DNA of 64,000 nucleotides from Streptomycetaceae bacterium. GTDB taxonomy: Bacteria; Actinomycetota; Actinomycetes; Nanopelagicales; Nanopelagicaceae. A model generated the notes under the pieces. That model was not told the DNA's origin. It did not search any database and was given only the letters and a program-made list of their open reading frames with translations. Shown here piece after piece: positions 36,503 through 45,104 of this stretch (the stretch's first letter is position 1; every line of letters starts with the position of its first letter). The stretch covers positions 17-64,016 of the forward strand of contig QYPT01000076.1 in the NCBI GenBank assembly GCA_007280125.1, given 5' to 3'. Made by a program: the position numbers and the translations under genes.

Positions 36503-36539
36503 CTCCTCCTATTCGATATGAGTGCCTATCTTATGCGGG

Positions 36540-38048
36540 CTACTTAGTCTTCACAATCGGAGCTACGAAGTAAGACATGCCTAATGAGCTGGCAGGAATT
36601 CTCGAGATCTTATTTGTGACAACCTGGGTATTTGGTAGCAGGAATAGCCAATCGCTCGCTGAATCAACAGCTAACTGACGACCGACCTTCTTGAGCAAGG
36701 CAACGCGTTCTGCATCTGTTGCAGCTTCGTCAGCGGCCTTGAGCCAACCTTGAACCTGTGTGTTGTTGTAATGGAAGTAGTAATCCTTATTTCCATAGAT
36801 GGCAAGATCATGTGGCTCTACGTGAGCCACAATTGTCATGTCATATTGCCCCTTGATGAAGATGCGATCAATCCATTCGCCCCAACCAACAGGGTTGATT
36901 GTTACGGCGATGCCGACCTTCTTCAATGAAGCTTGAATGAACTCAGATGAAGCTGTTGCGTACCCAATTGGTGGTACTTCAAGTGTGAGCTTGAATCCAT
37001 TTGGATAGCCAGCTGCAGCAAGCAGAGCCTTTGAATTAGCAACATTGTATGGAGCTAATCCTGTGAGATCTTCAAACCAAGGATCTGTTGGTGGAACGAA
37101 GGATCCGATGGCCTTGCCATATCCCGACCATGCAGTCTTGATAAGTGCCTTGTGATCAATCGCTTCGCGAATTGCAAGACGTACCTTTGGGTTGCTTAGG
37201 TATTTATTATCATTGTTCATGCTCATTGTGACTTCAGCATTCGTGCTGCCTTCTATGACTTTGAATCTATCGTCAGATGCAAAAGTCTTTAGAATCTCTG
37301 GAGCTTGGACTGTTGTAAGTACATCTACTTGACCTGAAAGAAATGCGTTGTTGAGTGCATTTGGATCAGCAATGTATTTGAAGACAACTGTCTTTGCGCG
37401 TCCCTTTACGCCGCGGTACTTGTCGTTGCGCTCAAGTGTGATGCTTGAACCACGGTTCCACTTAGAGAATACATATGGACCAGTTCCGTTTGCTGTTGCT
37501 GCGAGATTAGTTGCACCCTTCTTCAATACAACGCCAACTTGGCCGGTGAGATTGAAGAGGAAGCTGTTATCGCGGTTCTTTAAAGTGACAACGGCAGTTG
37601 AAGCGTTAGGTGCTGTGATTGAAACAACATTTCCAAATTGTGCCTTGAATGGGTTTGTTGAATCTGGGGCAGTCACACGCTCGTAACTCCACACAACATC
37701 AGCAGAAGTAAATGCTGAACCGTCATGGAATTTAGCTGTTGCAAGTTTAAATGTGTAAACAGTTCCATCAGTAGAAATTGTGTACGACTTTGCTAAGTTA
37801 GGGACGATTACACCTTTATCTGTAATACGTACCAAGCTCTCATAGACGTTATCAAGCAAAACTTGTGGGATAGGTGCACCGGCTGTGCCAGTGAGATCCA
37901 AGCTTGTTGGCTCAAGATCCAAACCTAATGTGATGGTGGCATTCGGATCAGGTTTAGTGAACGCTGCGCTCGATTGCGGGATCGCGAAGCTAATCAAACC
38001 GGCAACAAGTACGGTCGGGATGAGCAGGCGACTGAAAGTTCTTTTCAT
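36540..38048 (-). CDS. family-5 (peptide/nickel/opine type) ABC substrate-binding protein
   Basis: 502 aa with a signal peptide (..AIPQSSAAF). Its length and composition are typical of SBP family 5. It is the first gene of the minus-strand array. Confidence 0.88.
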   Translation of the reverse strand: MKRTFSRLLIPTVLVAGLISFAIPQSSAAFTKPDPNATITLGLDLEPTSLDLTGTAGAPIPQVLLDNVYESLVRITDKGVIVPNLAKSYTISTDGTVYTFKLATAKFHDGSAFTSADVVWSYERVTAPDSTNPFKAQFGNVVSITAPNASTAVVTLKNRDNSFLFNLTGQVGVVLKKGATNLAATANGTGPYVFSKWNRGSSITLERNDKYRGVKGRAKTVVFKYIADPNALNNAFLSGQVDVLTTVQAPEILKTFASDDRFKVIEGSTNAEVTMSMNNDNKYLSNPKVRLAIREAIDHKALIKTAWSGYGKAIGSFVPPTDPWFEDLTGLAPYNVANSKALLAAAGYPNGFKLTLEVPPIGYATASSEFIQASLKKVGIAVTINPVGWGEWIDRIFIKGQYDMTIVAHVEPHDLAIYGNKDYYFHYNNTQVQGWLKAADEAATDAERVALLKKVGRQLAVDSASDWLFLLPNTQVVTNKISRIPASSLGMSYFVAPIVKTK

Positions 38049-38139
38049 AACGGGGGCATTCTCCTTTGGGTGTTCGAGTGGGTACTAGGTAGAGATAAAA
38101 CAGGTAAAACACCCTTTAGGCAAGCAATTAACAGTCATT

Positions 38140-38166
38140 TTGACGCTATTTTCACTTTGTTACAAT
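38140..38166 (+). promoter_or_regulatory. candidate sigma-70-like promoter (TTGACG-15 nt-TACAAT) for the plus-strand Opp-like operon
   Basis: The hexamers were read directly from the sequence. The 15-nt spacer is shorter than optimal. It would give a leader of about 150 nt before the GTG at 38326. Confidence 0.3.
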
Positions 38167-38325
38167 TCCGTTATAAGCCCAATGTGAGTCTGATCTATCT
38201 TCTATTTATCTTCGACATCACCCCTGATTGGAGTTTCCAAAAGTCCAGATAGTGGATAGATTTACCCAGTTGTTAACCAGCGTCGGTGCCTTGAGGTGCC
38301 CGGACGTATGCGAAAAGGAGCGTAA

Positions 38326-39309
38326 GTGCCCAAGAGCGTGACAGATGCTGCACTTATAGAGCCTGCAAAGATCGAAGGCGATGAAGTAGCCCTACGTACT
38401 CCTAAACAAATTGCGCTCGCCAGATTTAAGCGCAACAAGGTCGGACCATACTCATTGTACGTATCTCTCTTTTTCATCTTTGCAGCATTTTTGGCTCCTG
38501 TTATTACGCACTTGTGGGGCTTGAGTTCCACTGATATTTATTTGGATGGCTTAGATAACTATGCGCTTCCAACTGGCGGTCTAGGCGGAATCTCGTGGCA
38601 ACACCCATTTGGACTTGAGCCTGGGGCAGGCCGAGATGTTTTCTCGATGTTGCTCTACGGATCTCGTATCTCTTTCACTGTTGCACTTGTTACCTCAGTT
38701 GCATCCATTGGAATCGGAATGATTGTGGGAATTACAGCTGGGTTCTTTAGAGGTCGCGTAGATGCGGTCATTGGACGGTATTCAGATTTCCTTTTTGCAT
38801 TCCCTTCCTTTTTTATGATTATCGCCTTGAGCTATCCGATGGTTGATCGCGTCGAAAAATCAGGTATCGCTCATGACAACAATGCTCGTTTATTGGTGCT
38901 AATTATTTTCTTCGTATTCTTTGGATGGCCAGGGTTTGCGCGCCTGATTCGCGCTCAGTCCATGAGCCTTCGAGAGCGCGACTTCATCATGGCCGCTCAA
39001 GCTCAAGGTGCATCTAACTGGCGAATCATTACTAAAGAGATGCTTCCAAACTTGTGGCCAACAGCAATCGTCTTTCTTTCCCTTTCGCTACCCGGGTACT
39101 TGTCCGCAGAGGCAGTCTTTTCCTTCTTGGGAGTTGGAATTCAACCACCAGCTTCCACCTTCGGGCTAGTTCTTTCAGATGCTGTTAAATACTGGAAAGT
39201 AGACCCTGCTTACCTTTTCATTCCGAGTGCAATGTTGATCATCATTGTTCTCGCTCTCAACCTTTTAGGCGATGCAGTACGAGATGCATTGGATACTAAA
39301 TCAGAGTAA
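38326..39309 (+). CDS. peptide-type ABC transporter permease (OppC/DppC-like)
   Basis: 327 aa with a GTG start. It is multi-TM, with AAQAQGASNWRIITKEMLPNLWP. Confidence 0.85.
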   Translation: MPKSVTDAALIEPAKIEGDEVALRTPKQIALARFKRNKVGPYSLYVSLFFIFAAFLAPVITHLWGLSSTDIYLDGLDNYALPTGGLGGISWQHPFGLEPGAGRDVFSMLLYGSRISFTVALVTSVASIGIGMIVGITAGFFRGRVDAVIGRYSDFLFAFPSFFMIIALSYPMVDRVEKSGIAHDNNARLLVLIIFFVFFGWPGFARLIRAQSMSLRERDFIMAAQAQGASNWRIITKEMLPNLWPTAIVFLSLSLPGYLSAEAVFSFLGVGIQPPASTFGLVLSDAVKYWKVDPAYLFIPSAMLIIIVLALNLLGDAVRDALDTKSE

Positions 39310-39398
39310 AACTTAAGTTTTTTCATTGGGCGCCAATGGAAAATGCATAACCAATATCGCGGCCGCGGTGTTGGACAGTAAAGCAAGAGGAGGAATGC

Positions 39399-41156
39399 AT
39401 GTCAGTAAATAAACTGACTTCGCGCCGCTGGGTATCTATTACTGCCGCAACTGCATTAGCAGTGTCGGTAGCAATGGTCAGCGGAGCTAGTCCAGCAAGT
39501 GCTGCTGCCACTAAAGGCGGCACCTTGTACTTCTACACAAACTCAGAGCAATTCCCTGCACTTGACCCAACAAATATGTACACAGGTCGAGACATCGGAT
39601 TATTCGGAACTTTCCTATTCCGCACATTGACCTCCTACAAAATGGTGGCTGGAGTTGCAGGAACAGAATTAACTGCTGACTTGGCAACCAACACCGGAGT
39701 ACCAAGTAACAAAGCTAAGACTTGGGTTTACACCCTTCGTCCAGGCGTGACTTGGGAAGATGGATCAAAGATCACTTGCGCAGATATTAAATATGGTTGG
39801 TCACGCGCATTTGCACTTGATGTATTTAACGCAGGACCTGCTTACGCACTTTCTTGGTTAGATATTCCAACACTTGCTGATGGATCATCTGCCTACAAGG
39901 GTCCATACAAGAAGACTGGACAAGCTGCTTACGACAAGGCTGTAACGTGCTCAAAAGATAACCGCACAATTACATTCAATCTAAAGCGCTCAGTCCCTGA
40001 CTTCAACTACTTCGCAAGCTATCCAACAACTGGCCCAATTAAGGCGAGCGCAGATACTGGCGATAAGTATGACTTGCACCCAATGGCGACAGGTCCATAC
40101 AAGATCAAGAAGTATGCAATCAACGACGAACTTACATTGGTTCGCAATGATAAATGGAGCAAGGCTTCTGACCCACTTCGTAAGGCATACCCAGATGACA
40201 TCGTCATCAAGTTCGGTATGAATGAAGATGTGAGAGATGAAGTTGATATGACCGACCAGATTCCAAACGGAATGAACATGGACGGCCTACAACCTCTAAA
40301 TAACATCGCTTACTTCAGTGATCCAACCAAGGCTAAACAGCGTTGGAATATCGTTGATCCATTCGTACGCTACTTGACTGCTAATAACTCTGCAGGTCAC
40401 CTTGATTGCCTCCTTGTTCGTAAAGCAGTCTTCTTTGCTTTCGATAACCAGGCACTCATTGACCTCTCTGGTGGTCTTAAGTACTACGGCGTAATGGGCG
40501 ATAACATCGTTAAGCCAAACCTCGGAATGGACTATGCAGCGACAAAGGGAAATATTCACGATCCAAACTTCAAGATCGGTGGAAACCCTGAGTATGCAAA
40601 ATCTCTTCTAGAGCAGGCAAAGACTGCATGTCCTGATGCTTACGATCGTGCAACAAACCCTGCAAAGGGCTTGAAGTACTTCCGTCCAGACACTGCATCA
40701 AATAAGAAGGCAGCAGTTCTTGTTGAAGCTGGACTTCAAAAGGCAGGCATCGTAATCGAAACTGTTTACAAGCCAGCCGGTACCTACAATGCAAACCTTG
40801 TTGAATACAAGAGTCAGACAGACTTCTTGGCTTCTGGTTGGGCAGCAGACTGGGCCAACGCATCAACTGTTATCCCTGAAATGTGGGGAAATGGTTGCTG
40901 TAACTACACCAAGAACGAAAAGACTCCTGAGTATGTTCCATTCATCGCTAAGGTTAACAAAGCGCTGAATGAACTTGACCGTAAGAAGCAGGCCACTTTG
41001 TGGCACGAGCTTTCACAATACGGAATGGACCAATACTGGTACATCCGCACTGTGTTCGGTAAGGGACAGCTAACATGGGGATCTAAAATCGGCGGCGTTG
41101 TTGAATGGAAACCATTCTCAGAGCCTGTCTATAACGATCTCTACATCAAGCAGTAA
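39399..41156 (+). CDS. family-5 ABC substrate-binding protein (oligopeptide type)
   Basis: 585 aa with a signal peptide ending ASPASAAAT and family-5 SBP size. Confidence 0.88.
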   Translation: MSVNKLTSRRWVSITAATALAVSVAMVSGASPASAAATKGGTLYFYTNSEQFPALDPTNMYTGRDIGLFGTFLFRTLTSYKMVAGVAGTELTADLATNTGVPSNKAKTWVYTLRPGVTWEDGSKITCADIKYGWSRAFALDVFNAGPAYALSWLDIPTLADGSSAYKGPYKKTGQAAYDKAVTCSKDNRTITFNLKRSVPDFNYFASYPTTGPIKASADTGDKYDLHPMATGPYKIKKYAINDELTLVRNDKWSKASDPLRKAYPDDIVIKFGMNEDVRDEVDMTDQIPNGMNMDGLQPLNNIAYFSDPTKAKQRWNIVDPFVRYLTANNSAGHLDCLLVRKAVFFAFDNQALIDLSGGLKYYGVMGDNIVKPNLGMDYAATKGNIHDPNFKIGGNPEYAKSLLEQAKTACPDAYDRATNPAKGLKYFRPDTASNKKAAVLVEAGLQKAGIVIETVYKPAGTYNANLVEYKSQTDFLASGWAADWANASTVIPEMWGNGCCNYTKNEKTPEYVPFIAKVNKALNELDRKKQATLWHELSQYGMDQYWYIRTVFGKGQLTWGSKIGGVVEWKPFSEPVYNDLYIKQ

Positions 41157-41167
41157 GTAGTTGATTG

Positions 41168-41205
41168 AAGTTGCCAGATAGTCCATAAGGGCTATCTGGC
41201 AACTT
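41168..41205 (+). terminator. stem-loop after the SBP gene (14-bp perfect stem, 10-nt loop, followed by a TTTT-containing tail)
   Basis: aagttgccagatag / tccataaggg / ctatctggcaactt, then aactatttt. Confidence 0.55.
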
Positions 41206-41260
41206 AACTATTTTGGGTAATAATGTATTCACAAGAGAGTTCGAGGGAGTGAAGCAAGAA

Positions 41261-42265
41261 ATGCTGAAGTACATAAGCAGGAGACTCCTCTACACCGTCA
41301 TACTTCTACTTTTAGTAAGTCTTTCAATCTTCTACATCTTTGACCTGATCCCGGTAGATCCTGCTCGATTGATTTGTTCTAAGCAGTGCACGACCGCTTT
41401 AGTTGAAGCCAATCGCCATCGCCTCGGACTCGATGTATCTGTTTTTGAACAATGGTGGCGCTTCATTCAAGGTTTATTCCATGGTCGCAATTATGGTGAA
41501 GGCGGCATTAAAGATATCTATTGTGGTGCTCCATCATTTGGCTATTCCTTCAACCGCCATGCATGTGTTTCTACCGTCATGGCAGCCGCTTTTCCAATCA
41601 CCCTTAGCCTTACAATCGGTGCTTTTGTACTGTGGCTTTCAGTTGGAATATCTTTAGGAATCCTCGCGGCTCGCAAAAAGGGAAAGTTCGCAGATAGGGC
41701 AAGTACAGCCTTTGTTCTCATCGGAACATCACTTCCAACATTTATTACAGGCATCATGGTGGTGCTCTTTATAGTTCTTAAATTCCATCTGGTTAATCCT
41801 TTGGAATTAGGTAATTGGCAAAATCCATTCACTAACCCACTTGGGTGGTTGCGGACTTTCTTCTTCCCGTGCGCAACGCTAGCTATTGCTTATGCTGCGA
41901 CGTACACGAGGTTTACACGCTCAAACATTTTAGAGATCAGTAGCGAAGATTACATTCGCACAGCACGAGCAAAAGGCTTGAGCGAGAAAGTGATTCTTAG
42001 GAAGCACACTTTGCGAGCAGCTCTGGCTCCGATCGTAACTATTGCAGGCTTGGATTTTGCTGGCCTGCTAGGAGGCGCAATTATCACCGAAGGCATTTTT
42101 AGTTTGTCCGGTCTTGGTAGATTAAGTATTAAGGCCGTTACTCAAACTTACGACTTGCCAATTATCGTCGCAACAACATTGGTAGGTTCGACTTTCGTAG
42201 TAGTCATGAACCTTATTGTGGATGTGGCTTATGCCTACATTGATCCTCGGGTGCGCACAGCATGA
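41261..42265 (+). CDS. peptide-type ABC transporter permease (OppB/DppB-like)
   Basis: ORF 41213..42265. I prefer the ATG at 41261 (MLKYISRRLLYT, the typical OppB N-terminus). It shows TARAKGLSEKVILRKHTLRAALAPIV. Confidence 0.85.
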   Translation: MLKYISRRLLYTVILLLLVSLSIFYIFDLIPVDPARLICSKQCTTALVEANRHRLGLDVSVFEQWWRFIQGLFHGRNYGEGGIKDIYCGAPSFGYSFNRHACVSTVMAAAFPITLSLTIGAFVLWLSVGISLGILAARKKGKFADRASTAFVLIGTSLPTFITGIMVVLFIVLKFHLVNPLELGNWQNPFTNPLGWLRTFFFPCATLAIAYAATYTRFTRSNILEISSEDYIRTARAKGLSEKVILRKHTLRAALAPIVTIAGLDFAGLLGGAIITEGIFSLSGLGRLSIKAVTQTYDLPIIVATTLVGSTFVVVMNLIVDVAYAYIDPRVRTA

Positions 42266-43293
42266 GTAAATTCCTAGAAGTTAAGAATCTTTCTGTCTCG
42301 TTCCCGACCGAAGATGGCCTCGTTAAAGCATCGAACGACGTTTCCTATTCGGTTGACCGTGGTGAAACTCTTGCCATAGTTGGTGAGTCTGGATCAGGTA
42401 AGTCCGTATCAAATCTTGCCATCATGGGTCTGCATAACGCAGCTATTGCTCAGATTTCTGGCAGTGCATGGTTAAACCTTCCTGACGGTCCTGTCGATGT
42501 TATTTCTGCACCGGCAGAACAAGTCCGTCGCTTGCGCGGAAAAGTAATGTCTATGATTTTCCAAGATCCGATGTCATCACTTCATCCGTACTACTCGGTT
42601 GGTAATCAAATCGCCGAAGCATGGTCGTTGTACAACGATGGATCAAAGCGGGATGGAATGGCACGAGCCGCTGAAATGTTGGACCTTGTCGGCATTCCAA
42701 GTGCAAAGGATCGCGTAAAAGATTTTCCTCATCAATTCTCAGGTGGAATGCGCCAGAGAGTAATGATTGCGATGGCATTGGTAAATAACCCTTCATTGCT
42801 TATTGCCGATGAACCAACTACGGCCCTTGATGTTACGGTTCAATCGCAAATTCTTAAGCTTATTCAAGAGATTCAAAAAGAGTTTAATATGGCAGTTATC
42901 TTGATTACTCACGATTTAGGCGTAGTTGCCGAAGTCGCAGACAGGGTATGCGTCATGTACGGTGGAAAGATTGTTGAAAATGCAGGCATAGATGAGATCT
43001 TCTATAAATCTCAACATCCTTACACAATTGGACTTTTGGATTCCATTCCTCGAGTTGATAAATTGGGCAGTCATAGATTGAAAGCTATTCCTGGTCAGCC
43101 ACCTTCACTAATCGGACTACCCACTGGATGCGCCTTTGCCCCACGGTGTGAGTTTGTTTCTGAAGTTGCTGGTTCACAATGCACAACTCAAGATCCAGAG
43201 TTAGCCGAAAAAACTAGTGACCATTTTGCGCGTTGTTTCTTGCAACCGGAACAGATATCCACTCTTACAGGAAGAAAGGCCAGCGCTAAATGA
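42262..43293 (+). CDS. oligopeptide-type ABC transporter ATP-binding protein (OppD-like)
   Basis: 343 aa. It shows [17 protein letters not shown], and [12 protein letters not shown], plus a C-terminal oligopeptide-ATPase extension containing Cys residues (GCAFAPRC). Confidence 0.9.
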   Translation: MSKFLEVKNLSVSFPTEDGLVKASNDVSYSVDRGETLAIVGESGSGKSVSNLAIMGLHNAAIAQISGSAWLNLPDGPVDVISAPAEQVRRLRGKVMSMIFQDPMSSLHPYYSVGNQIAEAWSLYNDGSKRDGMARAAEMLDLVGIPSAKDRVKDFPHQFSGGMRQRVMIAMALVNNPSLLIADEPTTALDVTVQSQILKLIQEIQKEFNMAVILITHDLGVVAEVADRVCVMYGGKIVENAGIDEIFYKSQHPYTIGLLDSIPRVDKLGSHRLKAIPGQPPSLIGLPTGCAFAPRCEFVSEVAGSQCTTQDPELAEKTSDHFARCFLQPEQISTLTGRKASAK

Positions 43294-44279
43294 GCTCTGA
43301 CAATATTCTCGAGCTTCATGGCCTTAAGAAACACTTCAAGGTAAATGGTGCATTCGGCCGCGGTAAGACAGTAGTTAAGGCCGTTGATGGCATCGACTTG
43401 GTAGTTGGCCGAGGAGAAACGGTTGGACTAGTAGGCGAATCTGGCTGCGGAAAGACAACTGTCGGTCGCACTGTCATGAAAATCTACGAGCCAACTGAAG
43501 GCAAGATTATCTTTGATGGTGTGGACATTACCGATTTAAAGCGACGGGATATGAAGGCTTATCGTTCGAAGATGCAGATGATCTTCCAGGACCCTTTTTC
43601 ATCATTGAATCCGCGCCATACAGTCGGAACTATTATTGAAGCTGCCTACATCATTCACAAGACAGAGCCTGTTGGCGGACGGTCCAAGGCAATACAGGAG
43701 TTATTAGAGCGCGTAGGACTAAACCCAGAGCATGTCAATCGTTTCCCTCATGAGTTTTCAGGCGGCCAGCGCCAAAGAATTGGTATCGCGCGTGCCTTGG
43801 CGCTGACACCAAAACTTATTGTGGCCGACGAGCCTGTTTCGGCTTTGGATGTTTCAATTCAAGCTCAAGTAGTTAACCTTTTAGATGACTTGCAGAAAGA
43901 ATTAGGGCTTTCCTATTTATTCGTCGCTCATGATTTATCAGTTGTTCAACATATTTCAGATCGTGTAGTTGTTATGTACCTTGGAAAGATCATGGAGATT
44001 GCTACAACTACCGAGCTCTTTGCAAACCCACGTCATCCATACACAAAGGCGCTTCTATCAGCGGTACCAATTCCAGATCCGATTATTGAACGCCAGCGCG
44101 AGCGAATTATCCTCACGGGTGATTTGCCGAGCCCAGCGAACCCACCAGCAGGGTGCGTATTTAGTACCCGCTGCTGGAAGGTGCAAGATCGCTGTGTGAG
44201 TGAAGCGCCGATTCCGGTACAGATTTCACCAAATCACACTTTGGCTTGTCACTTCCCAGAACCAGCTGGTCAAGCTTAA
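43290..44279 (+). CDS. oligopeptide-type ABC transporter ATP-binding protein (OppF-like)
   Basis: 329 aa. It shows GESGCGKTT, FSGGQRQR, LIVADEPVSALD, and the C-terminal GCVFSTRC. Confidence 0.9.
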   Translation: MSSDNILELHGLKKHFKVNGAFGRGKTVVKAVDGIDLVVGRGETVGLVGESGCGKTTVGRTVMKIYEPTEGKIIFDGVDITDLKRRDMKAYRSKMQMIFQDPFSSLNPRHTVGTIIEAAYIIHKTEPVGGRSKAIQELLERVGLNPEHVNRFPHEFSGGQRQRIGIARALALTPKLIVADEPVSALDVSIQAQVVNLLDDLQKELGLSYLFVAHDLSVVQHISDRVVVMYLGKIMEIATTTELFANPRHPYTKALLSAVPIPDPIIERQRERIILTGDLPSPANPPAGCVFSTRCWKVQDRCVSEAPIPVQISPNHTLACHFPEPAGQA

Positions 44280-44291
44280 GTAAGTTTTACT

Positions 44292-44828
44292 TTACTTAAG
44301 TGTTCCTGATAGTCCAACTAATGATGCGCCAGCAGTAACAGAAATCTTGTACGGGGCTCCAACTTTGGCATGGCAGGCAATCGCGTAGTTGAATTTCACA
44401 CTTGCACCAGCTGCTAGTGGCTCTGTAGGTGCGCCGTTGATTCCACTGTCACCGTCGAGGACGTCGACACACGGTTCACCGTTTGATGAACTGGTAATGA
44501 TGAACTGCGTGACGTCCAAATCAGCAGTTCCGCCATTTTCAATGGAAACTTCAAAGCGATTTGCTACTTCACCTTTAACGAAATTTGATGCGTACACGCC
44601 CGGGACGAATGAAACTGGTTGCGAGAGAGTCACTTTGATCCCACTGCCCAAATCAAGAGGCGTTCCGAAATCTAGAGTCACTTCAGGTGATTGGCTAACA
44701 GCGGCTTCAGATGGCGCAGTGCTTGGTGAGTCATTGAGTCCAGGAGTTTTCTTCGCACAACCGGTCACAGCAAGAAGAGCTGCAAGTGTGAGAACAGAAA
44801 TTTTAGTGGTGGTGGTTTTGCTAAACAT
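44292..44828 (-). CDS. small secreted lipoprotein, beta-rich (possibly DUF4352-like)
   Basis: 178 aa with lipobox LLAVTGCAKK, an S/P-rich linker, then a beta-strand-like alternating pattern. The domain assignment is tentative. Confidence 0.6.
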   Translation of the reverse strand: MFSKTTTTKISVLTLAALLAVTGCAKKTPGLNDSPSTAPSEAAVSQSPEVTLDFGTPLDLGSGIKVTLSQPVSFVPGVYASNFVKGEVANRFEVSIENGGTADLDVTQFIITSSSNGEPCVDVLDGDSGINGAPTEPLAAGASVKFNYAIACHAKVGAPYKISVTAGASLVGLSGTLK

Positions 44829-45104
44829 ATGAACCCCTAGTCTCGGTCGCCATCATGAATTTTCACAGCGGCGGTTTCATAACAATGACCTGTCGATAGT
44901 TCGAAATCTTAGCAAAGGATGTACCAATCCTCTCAATATGAGGTGTTTTTCATCATTTTCTGAATACTGCAAATGGGGCTGAAACAGACCTGGTGGGTAA
45001 CAATCTGCTAAATAAAGTAGTGATTAGGCAAAAAACAACCTTGCTTTACCTTTGCTCATGCTTAGATTCCTGCAGAGTTATCCATATATCTGGAAGTTGA
45101 CCTC

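Noticed and set aside
45074-45084. A shared 11-mer AGAGTTATCCA lies just upstream of pulA (45074) and of RR3 (63506). A 9-mer variant lies at 63655. There is also GTTATCC/GGATAAC similarity to the 7626..7680 repeat, which hints at a common regulator motif.
   Set aside because: With about 1.3e5 positions on two strands, identical 11-mer pairs are expected by chance on the order of a thousand or more (N^2/2 divided by 4^11). The orientations relative to the downstream genes also differ. This is not evidence of a regulon without a genome-wide motif test.
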